A DNA stretch of 64,000 bases from Candidatus Latescibacterota bacterium (GCA_965208105.1 OZ242318.1:4448001-4512000), one strand, 5' to 3'. Positions 10,298 through 20,219 are shown, numbered from the stretch's first letter. Notes: generated by a model from the sequence alone, not told the origin. Translations and numbers: made by a program.

Positions 10298-11314
10298 GTG
10301 AAAGTCGTATACTCCGACGAACATCACCGCCACGATCCACCCTCGGAATTCGTCCGCGACGGCATGTATCCCTATTCCGAATCTCCGGCGCGGGCGGCGG
10401 CGATCCTGGACGCCCTGCGGCAAGAGGGTTGCGGCGAAATAATCCCGCCGCAGGAACATCCCCTCGACTCCATCCGCGCCGTTCACGACGAGGACTACCT
10501 CCACTACCTGGAGCATATCTACCCGGCCTGGGCCGAGGCCGGCCGCCCCGAGACCGGGGTCATTCCCGAAACCTTTGCAAGCCCGGAAATGAGCAGCAGG
10601 CCGCGGCAGCTGCTCAGACAGCCGGGATTTTTCTGTTTCGACGCCCAGACCCCCATCGTCCGCCATACCCATGCAGCCGCCCTGGCCTCCACTCACTGCG
10701 CCCTCACCGCGGCGGACCAGCTACTCGCCGGGGCGACGGCAGCCTATGCCCTGTGCCGGCCTCCGGGACATCACGCCGGCCGCGCCTCCTACGGCGGATA
10801 TTGCTTCCTGAACAACGCGGCCGTGGCCGCCGCCCACCTCGGCCGCCGCGGCCGGGTCGCCGTGCTCGACATCGACTATCATCACGGCAACGGCACCCAG
10901 GACATCTTCTACGACAGCGGCCGGACCCTGTTCGTCTCCATTCACGCCGATCCCAACCGGGCATATCCATTCTTCAGCGGCTATGCCGCCGAAGTGGGCA
11001 AGGGTGACGGCCGTGGATTCAACCTCAATTACCCCTTGCCGGCAGGGGTCGACGACCGCCGCTATCTGCAGGTTCTCGATCAGGCCCTCGAGGAGATCGG
11101 CTCCTTCCGCCCTGGGTGGCTGGTGGTCTCGGCGGGTGTGGATACCTGCGGGCTGGATCCGCTGGGGGATTTCCGGCTGTCCGTCGACGGCTTCCGCCAG
11201 GTTGGCAGGGATATCGCCGCTCTAAACCTGCCAACCCTTCTGGTCCAGGAAGGCGGCTACAATCTCGCCTGCATCGGCGCCTCCGTCCTGAACCTGGTGC
11301 GCGCCTTCGAATAG
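10298..11314 (+). CDS. Histone deacetylase family / acetylpolyamine amidohydrolase
   Basis: RPPGHHA, GGYCFLNNAA, DIDYHHGNGTQ, QEGGY. Confidence 0.9.
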   Translation: MKVVYSDEHHRHDPPSEFVRDGMYPYSESPARAAAILDALRQEGCGEIIPPQEHPLDSIRAVHDEDYLHYLEHIYPAWAEAGRPETGVIPETFASPEMSSRPRQLLRQPGFFCFDAQTPIVRHTHAAALASTHCALTAADQLLAGATAAYALCRPPGHHAGRASYGGYCFLNNAAVAAAHLGRRGRVAVLDIDYHHGNGTQDIFYDSGRTLFVSIHADPNRAYPFFSGYAAEVGKGDGRGFNLNYPLPAGVDDRRYLQVLDQALEEIGSFRPGWLVVSAGVDTCGLDPLGDFRLSVDGFRQVGRDIAALNLPTLLVQEGGYNLACIGASVLNLVRAFE

Positions 11315-11395
11315 CAGAATCAGGGGATGAAGCTCAGGCAGGGTCGGGTCAATCCCAGCGGAACGGTCGTTGGGGACCCGGGAGGCAGTCCCGGA

Positions 11396-12319
11396 TCACC
11401 CACCGGGAGAATTTTCCCTGGCCTGGACCAGGGCGGTGATCACCTCGTTGTAGGGGGCGGCGAGGCCGACCTTGCGGGCAAGGGGGGGTATGGCTCCGTT
11501 GATCGCCTCTATCTCCGACTTCCTGCGGGCCATGAGGTCGAGCAGCAGCGAGGGCCGCGCGTCGGGAATCTGCGCCCCGAAGTCCCTGACGTACTGGACG
11601 GGATCGGCGAAATCCAGGCTGATGCCCAGCGCTTGCGCGACCTCGAACGCTTCGGCGGCGCATTTCGAGGCGACCTGCCAGGCCGCCTCGTCGGCCATCA
11701 CCTCGCCGATGGTCTTGTCGAGGACCCCGCAAGGTCCGCTGTAGCATACATTGCAGATCAGTTTTTCCCAGACCAGCTGGTCGATATTGTCGAATGCTTT
11801 GACCTTGAATCCGGCCTGGCGCCAAACTGCGGTCAGGGACTCGAGCCGGGGAGTTACCGGACCTTCCATCTCACCCAGCCGGATCAGCTGCCAGGAGTTG
11901 TGATGCACGTGGCCGGGTGCGACCACGGAAGCCCCGAATCCACCGGCGACACCCTTGAGCACCCGGTCGGCGCCGAGAGATCGGGCAACTTTTTCGACGC
12001 TCCCCAACCCGTTCTGAATCGCAAGTACCGGCGTTTGGGGTCCAAGGAGCACCTGCGCACTGGCCGCTGCCGCTTCGACGTGCATGGCCTTGGTCGCAAC
12101 GATGACGAGTTCCACCTGCCCGACGTCTCGCGCATCGGTGGTTGCGCCGACCTTCGCCACCCGATCGCCGCTGGCCCCCTCGACTCTGAGACCCTTTTCG
12201 CGGATCGCCTCGATATGGGCTTCCCATGTGTCGACCACCCAGACTTCGTTGCCTGCGTCCGCCAGCAAACCGGCGTAGATGGAGCCCATCGCCCCGGCGC
12301 CTACTACAGCAATTTTCAT
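11396..12319 (-). CDS. panE: Ketopantoate reductase (ApbA/PanE family)
   Basis: GAGAMGS, QNGLG, WEKLICN, SLLLD...EIEAING. Confidence 0.85.
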   Translation of the reverse strand: MKIAVVGAGAMGSIYAGLLADAGNEVWVVDTWEAHIEAIREKGLRVEGASGDRVAKVGATTDARDVGQVELVIVATKAMHVEAAAASAQVLLGPQTPVLAIQNGLGSVEKVARSLGADRVLKGVAGGFGASVVAPGHVHHNSWQLIRLGEMEGPVTPRLESLTAVWRQAGFKVKAFDNIDQLVWEKLICNVCYSGPCGVLDKTIGEVMADEAAWQVASKCAAEAFEVAQALGISLDFADPVQYVRDFGAQIPDARPSLLLDLMARRKSEIEAINGAIPPLARKVGLAAPYNEVITALVQARENSPGG

Positions 12320-12391
12320 GATTCCAGCACCATCCTCTCGAAAGAAATTTGAAAGCTCGAACCCAATCGGGTTTCTGAAAGTGATCCTGCC

Positions 12392-13870
12392 TCAGATGTC
12401 GTCAAGAGGATACAACTTGCGGCCCAGACGGCGGAACGGCAGGCTGCCCCCGGCGGGATTGTGCACGCTCGGCTCCGAGACCGGGTAAATGCCGCCCGCC
12501 CAGGACTCGAACCCGGCGCGGAAATGCGCAGCCGACTTCACCCCGATGTAGCGCATCCGTCGCGGATCCAGTCCCAGGGTGCGGGAAAAGGCCGTATCGA
12601 AGGGCTGTTCGCGCTGATTCACCAGGAGGACGTGGACTCCGTCCTCAACGATGTGCGCGGAAGGCCCCATGTTGCCCTCCAGGCCGGCGTACATGGGTCC
12701 GTCGTAGCGGAATTTTCCATCCGAGAGGGCCCTTACCTGGGCCCTCATGGTGCATGGCTTTCCCTGCAGGGGAGAGGATTTGCCCCCCACCTCCAGGGTG
12801 AGGGTCGCACCTTCCCCTGCGGCGGAACACTGCTCCACCGCCTCGGGGTCCACCACGTAGAGCACGCAGGCGTCCTTCAGGCCGGCTTCCCTGAAAGCCC
12901 TCAGCATGCCGGTGCTGTCCCCGGGCGAACCACCTCCAGTGTTGTCCGAACGGTCCGAAAAAACGGCGGGGAAGCAGCCGGCGGCCTCGGCATGGTCGAG
13001 GGCTTCGCGCGTCGATGGCACCTGGACCTGCCATTGCGCCCGGCGCGCGAAGATCCAGGCGCCCAGCCGGTCCGCACATTCCTGGGCCAGCTCCGGATCG
13101 CCGTCGGTGACGATGTAGACCGAGGCGCCCATGTCCGGCACGTCGGCCAGCGGATAGCAGGTGGCGATGGAGCCGCATATCACGCCGGGAAGGGCCTCCA
13201 TGCGCCGCAACTCGGCGATGGCGGTGCTCATGGGCGCGTGTGCGGTGACCTGGTTCAGGCCCCAGATCATGGGAATCTGGTGCAAGGCCATACGGGGGCG
13301 CAGCCCCTGCCGCAGGATTCGCACCAGCACATCGGCGCACTGGCGCCCGCGCGCGCCCATATCCACCTCCGGGTAGGTTCTCCTGCCGATCAATACATCG
13401 GCCGCCTCGACCATCGCCCTCGATATGTTGGCATGGATATCCAGCTGGGCGAGGACCGGCACCCGGGGACCGACCGCCAAGCGCACGGCCTCGAGAATAC
13501 GTCCGTCGGCGTCGTCGATTCCCTCGGCCACCATGGCCCCGTGGAGCTCGAGCAGCACTCCGTCGATGGGGCCGGCGGCGGAGATTCCCTCGATCAACTC
13601 GCCCAGCACCGCGTCGAAGATATCCCGTGGGGTGGGACCGCTGGGATGGGGCTCGGCGAAAACGGTGGGAACGAGTTCGAAGCCGTGGGCATCGGCGCCC
13701 TCGATGAATCCTCCCATGGGCGTGTTCGTTTGCCGGAACTTCTCGAGGATTTCCGCCCCTTTCAGGTAGCCGAAGTGTTCCCTGTAGCTGGCCCAGGTGG
13801 TGGGAACCAGGGTAAAAGTGCTGGTCTCGTGGCTGATCGCCCCGGTGACAACCCGCATACTTTTTTTCAT
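12392..13870 (-). CDS. M81 family metallopeptidase (MlrC-like)
   Basis: HETSTF, LHGAM, DIHAN, DNTGGG, VKSAAHFRA. Confidence 0.88.
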   Translation of the reverse strand: MKKSMRVVTGAISHETSTFTLVPTTWASYREHFGYLKGAEILEKFRQTNTPMGGFIEGADAHGFELVPTVFAEPHPSGPTPRDIFDAVLGELIEGISAAGPIDGVLLELHGAMVAEGIDDADGRILEAVRLAVGPRVPVLAQLDIHANISRAMVEAADVLIGRRTYPEVDMGARGRQCADVLVRILRQGLRPRMALHQIPMIWGLNQVTAHAPMSTAIAELRRMEALPGVICGSIATCYPLADVPDMGASVYIVTDGDPELAQECADRLGAWIFARRAQWQVQVPSTREALDHAEAAGCFPAVFSDRSDNTGGGSPGDSTGMLRAFREAGLKDACVLYVVDPEAVEQCSAAGEGATLTLEVGGKSSPLQGKPCTMRAQVRALSDGKFRYDGPMYAGLEGNMGPSAHIVEDGVHVLLVNQREQPFDTAFSRTLGLDPRRMRYIGVKSAAHFRAGFESWAGGIYPVSEPSVHNPAGGSLPFRRLGRKLYPLDDI

Positions 13871-13874
13871 CTGG

Positions 13875-13902
13875 TTGCTTTTTTTCCTTTTTGCGCTATA
13901 TT
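13875..13902 (+). promoter_or_regulatory. Putative sigma70-type promoter of cold-shock gene (implies a leader of about 200 nt)
   Basis: TTGCTT-16 bp-TATATT. Confidence 0.45.
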
Positions 13903-13938
13903 AACCAATCAAATCCTTGTTGGCAGTCGTTCTGATCC

Positions 13939-14055
13939 AAGTAGACTCCTACCCGAGGCCTTAGAGTAGTTTCCTACCCGAAGTAGTTTCCTACCTGATG
14001 TAGATCCTACCCGATGTAGATCCTACCTGCAAGCCTGAAGTAGCTTCCTACCTGA
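13939..14055. repeat. Six-copy array of GTAG-N3/4-CTAC-CYG mini-palindromes
   Basis: GTAG at 13941, 13966, 13983, 14000, 14016 and 14040, with loops ACTC, TTTC, TTTC, ATC, ATC and CTTC. Confidence 0.92.
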
Positions 14056-14114
14056 TCCAGATTCTGAATGCTCTGTTCCAACGAGATCCAAGATAGAGGG
14101 GAGGTGATCAACGC

Positions 14115-14324
14115 ATGGCAGACCGCGAAACCGGGACCGTAAAGTGGTTCAACGATGCCAAGGGCTTCGGCTTTATCGAGCGTCCGAACGGTAGCGATGT
14201 CTTCGTCCACTACAGTGCCATCAGCGCCGAGGGATTTCGTTCGCTGAGCGAAGGGCAGCAGGTGGAATTCGAAGTGGTCCAGGGCCAGAAGGGCCCGGCA
14301 GCCGAAAGCGTGGTGCTCATTTAG
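14115..14324 (+). CDS. Cold-shock protein (CspA family)
   Basis: [15 protein letters not shown] and DVFVHYSAI; strong GGAGGT RBS. Confidence 0.96.
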   Translation: MADRETGTVKWFNDAKGFGFIERPNGSDVFVHYSAISAEGFRSLSEGQQVEFEVVQGQKGPAAESVVLI

Positions 14325-14344
14325 ACCGCTGCGGCAATAACGAA

Positions 14345-14378
14345 GAAAGGGCGATGTAGATCCATACATCGCCCTTTC
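14345..14378 (+). terminator. Stem-loop downstream of csp, probable terminator
   Basis: GAAAGGGCGATGTA-gatcca-TACATCGCCCTTTC, a perfect 14-bp stem between convergent genes. Confidence 0.75.
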
Positions 14379-14535
14379 CATGTGAACCGACCTCGTTTAC
14401 TCGTTTATCTCCTTGCTCCTGGCACGTCTGATACCCGAACAGGCGGCTTGGGGGAGCCGTAAAGCCGGGCAGGTTGCGGGTTGGCATTCTGCCGTCCCAT
14501 GCAAGAGAAGGCGTCGGTCCGGGCAAAACGGCGGC

Positions 14536-16017
14536 TCAGGAGGGAACCCCCGTGGCCACCTCTCCCAGCAGGTCCAGCTGAGAGTTTCCTGGACTGGCAC
14601 CGGCGAACGGGTGCTTGCCGCCAATGCAGTAGGTGCAGGTATTCTCGGCAAAGACTCCTGCCCTGGCGAAGGCGCGCAGCATGCCTTCGGGAGAGAGATA
14701 GACCACGGGCATTCCCATGATCTCGCTGATTTCCTCCACGTTCCTCCCGCGCGCCAGGAACTCTTCCCCGGCAGGTGGCTGGGGAGGCATGTCCACCCCG
14801 AACATGCATCCCCGGGGGACATTGTCCTCGCCTACGATCCCGATGGGCGGGGTGTAGCTGGCCAGATAGGCTTTCTTGACCTGGACCTCTCCGTAGAGCA
14901 GGTCCCGCGCCCGCCGCGAGTTGTTGCCCCGAACGATGCTGTCGTCCAGCACGATAACGGTCTTGCCGCGCAGCCTGTCTTCCATGCCTGGCAGAAGGTG
15001 CAGGTTCTGGTCGATGGATTGCTCGCGGTTGGTGGCCGTGGTTCCGAGAAAGGAGCGCTCCCCGCGCATCTTGTAGAACACCGGCAGAAAGGGAAGATCT
15101 GCTTTCCGGGCGTATGCCCTGGCGGCCACCTCAGGACAGCGGGGAAGATAGGTCACCAGGTCGGCGTCGCGCGGGCGGAATTCGTCGGCCATGACGTCCC
15201 CAAGGGTCTCCCTAATCCGCCGCACGCTCACCCGGTTGATGATGGAATCCACGTCGGCGAAGTAGTTCCACTGAAAGAAACAATGGGCGAGGTCGGGATC
15301 GACAAGAACGGTCTTGGTGAAATCGCCTTCGGGAGACAGGTAGTAGATTGAGCCCGGCTCCAGATCCTCGATAAATTCGCCCCCGTTCTTCCTGAACGCG
15401 ATGTCCTCGGAAGCCACCCCGTACTTGCCGTCCTTCCAGCCCAGAACGCCCGGCTTTATACCGCTGCGATCGCGCAGCACAATCACGTCTCTCTTGCCCT
15501 TGTCGGCTATGGCCATGGTATAGGCGCCGGGTATTTGGCGCAGGAAATCGTGCTCTCCGTTCTGGCGGTAGAGGTGCAGGAGAGCTTCGGTGTCGCAGTC
15601 CGAATGCAGTTGCTCGGAGGGGACCTTGCTGAAGTACTCTTTGTTCACCTGGCCGTTGTGCACGGCCGCCATGTCACAGTCCCAGATGAGGATGTGGTTT
15701 CCCCTGTTTTCCACGCGCCCGCCGATCACGTGGGGATGGGCGTCTTCGAGGATGCGGTCCTTCCTGCCCAGGGTGGCGTAGCGGACGTGGGCCATGTAGG
15801 TGTGGTAGTGGGGAGAGGGAAAGATCTTGTGCAAGTCGGTGACGTCGAACTTTTCCACCCCGCCTTCCCACTTGATTATGTCTATGCGCCCCTCTCCAAC
15901 GGCCGCCATGCCGGCCGCCTCGCGCCCACGGTGCTGCAGCGAGCGGATGAATCTGTGCGCGTCGTGCAGGGTGTGGACTACGCAAAGGCCACAATTGTGG
16001 CCTACTCTCTCAATCAT
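14536..16017 (-). CDS. purF: Amidophosphoribosyltransferase (divergent)
   Basis: Short propeptide then CG, QHRG, HVRYAT, HNG, VLDDSIVRG, CMFGVDM, CTYC. Confidence 0.8.
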   Translation of the reverse strand: MIERVGHNCGLCVVHTLHDAHRFIRSLQHRGREAAGMAAVGEGRIDIIKWEGGVEKFDVTDLHKIFPSPHYHTYMAHVRYATLGRKDRILEDAHPHVIGGRVENRGNHILIWDCDMAAVHNGQVNKEYFSKVPSEQLHSDCDTEALLHLYRQNGEHDFLRQIPGAYTMAIADKGKRDVIVLRDRSGIKPGVLGWKDGKYGVASEDIAFRKNGGEFIEDLEPGSIYYLSPEGDFTKTVLVDPDLAHCFFQWNYFADVDSIINRVSVRRIRETLGDVMADEFRPRDADLVTYLPRCPEVAARAYARKADLPFLPVFYKMRGERSFLGTTATNREQSIDQNLHLLPGMEDRLRGKTVIVLDDSIVRGNNSRRARDLLYGEVQVKKAYLASYTPPIGIVGEDNVPRGCMFGVDMPPQPPAGEEFLARGRNVEEISEIMGMPVVYLSPEGMLRAFARAGVFAENTCTYCIGGKHPFAGASPGNSQLDLLGEVATGVPS

Positions 16018-16430
16018 TTTCTCGCCCCGAGGGTTGGTAGGTGAGTCATGGCGGCCAGGATTGGGAGGGGACCTGGAGTCCCCTTCAATCGCGAAGTTTC
16101 ATCCCGTGGCTTGATTTCCTCCGTCCTGGTGGGTTGTCTTGCGGGCGGCGAAGGCAGACGGGAATTGCAAGGAGACGTCCTGTCGGAGCAATGGCGGCGG
16201 CGAAGGTGTTGAAGCCGCATGTTTCTGGTTCAGGAAGCACAGGCCGGTGTTGATCCAAGCTTACGAATTTGTGCCCATTCCTGCAAGTGGATCGGCGCCG
16301 CGTTCAATCACCGCCTCCCCAGGGGTCCGACCTGTCCTTGTTCCATGCTTTTGCCCCTGCAGGCCGATCCGGCCCCGAAGGACCCAGGCGGGGGAATGGG
16401 AGGTCAAGCGGTTAGCAACCGGTGCGGATG

Positions 16431-16814
16431 CTACCCGCAGGTTCCGTCGTTGCGCCGGTGGATGCAGAGCAGGTTGCCCCAGGGATCCTTGACCCAGGCC
16501 ATCCGGCAGCTTCCGCTGTCGACCGGCTCCATCACGATTTCCACGTTCTTCCGGCGTAGTTCTTCCACTGCCTCGTCCACGTTGTCCACCGCCAGGGCGA
16601 TCCCGGGCCTTCCTGCCTGCTCGTCCCACTGGACCAGAGCCAGACTCACCGGGTGGGTGTCGAACTCGGTCCAGGTATTGCGGCTTCCGTCTCCGGAGAT
16701 AACCCCGTCGTTAACGAAGGCCTGATCCAGCCCCAGTACTTCCCGATAAAAGCGAACGGCCTCCCTTGTGTCGGTCACGTGAGAAATCACGAAGTCGATT
16801 CCTTTGACTTGCAT
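16431..16814 (-). CDS. VOC/glyoxalase family protein
   Basis: IDFVISHVTD...VRFYREVLGL...KDPWGNLLCI; ATG 16814 after GGAGG. Confidence 0.85.
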   Translation of the reverse strand: MQVKGIDFVISHVTDTREAVRFYREVLGLDQAFVNDGVISGDGSRNTWTEFDTHPVSLALVQWDEQAGRPGIALAVDNVDEAVEELRRKNVEIVMEPVDSGSCRMAWVKDPWGNLLCIHRRNDGTCG

Positions 16815-16923
16815 AGGTCGAGCCTCTCCTCCTGGAAGAATTCCAGATTGCGCAAATCCGGATCGCCGCAGCAGCCACCGGCGTGTATCCCGAACCATCG
16901 ACACTACCATTGGCCTGACCAGC

Positions 16924-17766
16924 TCATCGCTTTGGTCCTGCAGTTTCTGCCGATCTGTTCTCCTCGAGCCAGGCGACGGCGAAATCCACCAGGCCGCGCT
17001 GCGGCATGAGCTGGCAGGCGGCGAGGGCGACCTCGCCAAGACGGACGGCATTGCCCGCGTCTGATCGCAGAAAGTCCTCGCCGATGCGATCGAAATCCGA
17101 GCTGTCGATGTCCACATCTTCGAAGGTGGTCCATCTCCGCGAATCCGGGGAGATTGGCGCGCCCTCCTTGATGACGCGTTTGGTTGGAAAAGTCGCACGA
17201 TGTTCTGCCAGGTGCAGGGAGGTATTGTTTGCATGATCCACACCGAGAAGGAGGACAAAACCATGCAGTTCGTAAATCCTCGCAAGCGGTGAATGCTCGC
17301 CCAGTCCAAAGGCCAAGGAATGGTCGCCGGTGATATGCGCGGCATGGGGTCCACAGGCGCAAAACGAGACCTGTGGATGAGCGCTGCGGAGGACGTCTGG
17401 TTGCTTGCGGAATGTCTCGGCGATCAGGCCCATGGAACGGGTGGGAGTGAGCACCGGATCGTAGGCCGGCATGTGCTCGCGTATCAGCGGCCACCACGGC
17501 TCGGGGACGGGCGGATTTTTCCAGCCTGTGGGTTCGGAGAGGTCGGGCGAGTGGGCGGGCATGACAAGCGTTCCAGCCGAACTCAGGACCTCCCGAAGGG
17601 CAGCGATGACCGCCACCGATCCTCCGCACACCCATCCCATTGCGCTCAGGGACGAATGCACCAGCACCACCATCCCCGGTCGTAGGCCGAGCGCGCGGAG
17701 GTCGGCCTGTAACGACTCGACGGTGGCGGGAACTTCTGTTCTTTGAACTACCTCCGCTTCACCCAT
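16924..17766 (-). CDS. AAC(3)/YokD family N-acetyltransferase
   Basis: VLVHSSLSAMGWVCGG, GTLVMPA, RSAHPQVSF, NTSLHLAE. Confidence 0.9.
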   Translation of the reverse strand: MGEAEVVQRTEVPATVESLQADLRALGLRPGMVVLVHSSLSAMGWVCGGSVAVIAALREVLSSAGTLVMPAHSPDLSEPTGWKNPPVPEPWWPLIREHMPAYDPVLTPTRSMGLIAETFRKQPDVLRSAHPQVSFCACGPHAAHITGDHSLAFGLGEHSPLARIYELHGFVLLLGVDHANNTSLHLAEHRATFPTKRVIKEGAPISPDSRRWTTFEDVDIDSSDFDRIGEDFLRSDAGNAVRLGEVALAACQLMPQRGLVDFAVAWLEENRSAETAGPKR

Positions 17767-17873
17767 CCCTGTAATCCAGCCTGAATTCCTGGTTAGGTGT
17801 GCACGGTTGGCGGACCTGCGACAATGGGAGGCCGAAGGGAAACCGCAAAAGCAGGGTAGCGAAGAGCTCCGGG

Positions 17874-18446
17874 TTACCGGGTGTTGCTCTGCTCCAGTGC
17901 TTCATTCGACTGATTGCACCATGCCCGCAAGACGACGCAGGGCAGCTCCATCTCGTAGTGGACGTACGCCTCCCTGTGGCGGACGATCTCGGTGAATCCC
18001 ATTGCGGTCCAGAAGCGCAAGGCGGGCACATTGGCCAGGTATACCCGTCCGAGGGCGCAGCGAAAATTGCAGCGGGCCAATATGCGCATCAGGCTTCCGA
18101 TTCCCGCGCGGCCCACTCCACTTCTGCGAAAACCGGGGCGGATCGCCAGTATCGAGATCCACACCTCGCCTGGCCGGGGAAAGTCTTCCGTAAGATGGAA
18201 ATATCCTGCCAGGTCATGGGCGGGGCCGACGTGAAGACTGCGCATGCGGAAACCGCGCTCCTGAGACTCCTGTGCCACGGAATTCTCCACCAGGGCCCCT
18301 ACTTCGCCCTCGTCCACCTCGGCAAAGGTGGGATCGAATGGAATGGTGTCGGCACATTCCAGGAACATGGCGTGGAGCGCGGGAGTTTCCTCTGCTTTGA
18401 CCGCGCGAACGGTGATTTGACCTTCTGACCAGACGAGAGGTATCAT
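17874..18446 (-). CDS. GNAT acetyltransferase
   Basis: IRPGFRRSGVG and NVPALRFWTAMGF. Confidence 0.82.
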   Translation of the reverse strand: MIPLVWSEGQITVRAVKAEETPALHAMFLECADTIPFDPTFAEVDEGEVGALVENSVAQESQERGFRMRSLHVGPAHDLAGYFHLTEDFPRPGEVWISILAIRPGFRRSGVGRAGIGSLMRILARCNFRCALGRVYLANVPALRFWTAMGFTEIVRHREAYVHYEMELPCVVLRAWCNQSNEALEQSNTR

Positions 18447-18553
18447 GGATTCGATTTTTTATCGCTCGAAGGCTGGACAGGCTCCTCAAGGTGCCTGACC
18501 GCGCTACATGGCTGCTAAAATAATATTCGGAATGAAGGTTGGACAGGCCGCAC

Positions 18554-18721
18554 CTAGTGTTCCGTCGCAGAGATAGGTTGGCGCAATTGGGCCGCCGAGG
18601 CGCCCGGCTCACAAGGCGCCTGAGCGAGTCGTACCAGTGGTGTACGGCGAGTGAAGGCAACGCCGTGAGCCGGGATGGATCGGGGGAAAAATGGCGACAT
18701 ATTTCTGCGACGGGACACGAG
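18554..18721. mobile_element. MITE-like palindromic element with ~22-bp terminal inverted repeats
   Basis: CTAGTGTTCCGTCGCAGAGATA ... TATTTCTGCGACGGGACACGAG; core repeated inverted at 25699-25789. Confidence 0.7.
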
Positions 18722-18817
18722 TGCTCGACAGCGCCGCAAGGCAGGTGGCTTTTCGACGGCCGGGCAGGATGCCGTCCTACCCGGGGTCTGCCGAGAGCGC
18801 CTGCCCGGGAGTTGCTC

Positions 18818-19723
18818 TCACAGGATATCCAATACCCGTTCGAACCTGCGGTGAATTTCCCCTGACTCGGCAAGCTTGAGACTGGACCTCCCCCAGGAAG
18901 GAAACCGGGGCCGGCGAAAGGCTTCGACCAGAGAATATAGAGGAGCCATCAGGTCGTCCAGGATTCTTTCCCGGGGATCGGTCTTGCCGTACGTGGACCG
19001 GAACGCAGCCGCAGCATCCGGGCCGAGAGAGCCGGTCGCGTTTCTGTAATCGGAGTAGCGCAATCCCAGCCCCAGAAGGTGGTAGTCAAACACCACGGCG
19101 CTGGTTGGCTTCGCCTCCCGGGACAAAGCCAGATTGGTCCAGTGGAAGTCATTGTAGGTGAGGGCCTCGGCAGAGGTCATGGCGGCGGCCTTGACTGTGT
19201 CGATGTGGTCGGCAAGAGTGACCCACCTGGGCCGATCCGAGCCTCCGACCTTGGATGACATCTCCAGAATTGATCCAGCAGTCAATTCATCGATCTCGCG
19301 CCATAAAAATGAAAGATCGACCCGAGCCGTCCCCAGTCGCGAGCCCGCATCGTGAAGTGCACGATACCAGGCGGCCAGAGCGACTCCAACTTCTGCCCTG
19401 CCTGCATCCTCCTCGCGGGCAAGTCTGAGCTGCCTGCTGGCTGCCAGATCCTCGAGAAGAATCGCGTTATTCGTCCTGGCAATCATGCGGAGGGTGGGGA
19501 CCCCGAGGTCCATAAGCAGGGCATAGGCACCGACTTCCCTCGAGGCATGGGGGTCTCCGAATACTTTCAGTATGTATGAAGAACCCCCCAGAGAGATCCG
19601 GAAAAGGTGATTCCAGTGACTCTTTGGTATTGGCTCGACCTTTTCGAGATGGGCCGTATCAAACCCCATCTCCTCCAGGACAGGTCCCACATCAGGGGCA
19701 GATTCGATTTTTTCCCTCTCCAA
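18818..19723 (-). CDS. Aminoglycoside phosphotransferase/kinase-like protein
   Basis: YILK, LTYNDFHWTNL, VFDY kinase-fold motifs. Confidence 0.78.
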   Translation of the reverse strand: MEREKIESAPDVGPVLEEMGFDTAHLEKVEPIPKSHWNHLFRISLGGSSYILKVFGDPHASREVGAYALLMDLGVPTLRMIARTNNAILLEDLAASRQLRLAREEDAGRAEVGVALAAWYRALHDAGSRLGTARVDLSFLWREIDELTAGSILEMSSKVGGSDRPRWVTLADHIDTVKAAAMTSAEALTYNDFHWTNLALSREAKPTSAVVFDYHLLGLGLRYSDYRNATGSLGPDAAAAFRSTYGKTDPRERILDDLMAPLYSLVEAFRRPRFPSWGRSSLKLAESGEIHRRFERVLDIL

Positions 19724-19783
19724 TGGCTGGCCGTCGTGAACGGACCCTCGCGGAGATGCTCGCCAGCATTTCTTCCAATTTTT

Positions 19784-20212
19784 TCAAGCGGATTGGTCCG
19801 AGAACGTCTCCTCGCCCCTTTCTTTCTGTTTCCGCCTTATCTCAGCGATTTCTTCTTCAGTGAGAATTTCTCTTCCCGTTGCTGTCGTCCGTTCGACGAG
19901 TTCCAGCTTCAACTCCCTGTTGGTCAGCCATTCCCAGCGAGCAAAATTTGCCGGGTGGGGATGTGGGTGGACATCACGAGGACCAATCTCCTCGGAAACG
20001 GCATATAGATAACCTGGCGTGACCCCGTTGTGCTTCACCTCACATTTGGCTGTAAGCGACTCACCTTCAACTGACATGGAGACAAGCGATGGGCTGTGCG
20101 AGAACGCTTTCGCCACACTTCTGTTCTGAGTGATAGAACTTCCGACCCGAAGTCTAGTCAGCTCCCGCTGAGAGCCATGGTACCAGGCAAGCCTGAAGTC
20201 GCAATCTGGCAT
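19784..20212 (-). CDS. Hypothetical protein, possible ADP-ribosyltransferase fold
   Basis: WYHGS...SSITQN...AKAF...GYLY...WEWL pattern. Confidence 0.55.
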   Translation of the reverse strand: MPDCDFRLAWYHGSQRELTRLRVGSSITQNRSVAKAFSHSPSLVSMSVEGESLTAKCEVKHNGVTPGYLYAVSEEIGPRDVHPHPHPANFARWEWLTNRELKLELVERTTATGREILTEEEIAEIRRKQKERGEETFSDQSA

Positions 20213-20219
20213 CTGCAGC

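Noticed and set aside
13939-14055. CRISPR array
   Set aside because: Units are 16-17 bp, mostly abutting, with no unique 30-40 bp spacers and no cas genes in the window.
16018-16430. Purine/PRPP riboswitch upstream of purF
   Set aside because: No recognisable conserved riboswitch motif by eye; an Rfam scan would be needed.
16815-17873. Possible attC remnants at 16840-16900 and 17790-17860 (also 26560-26610, 27895-28000, 34540-34610)
   Set aside because: Only short partial matches to the family blocks; too weak to list individually without a model-based score.
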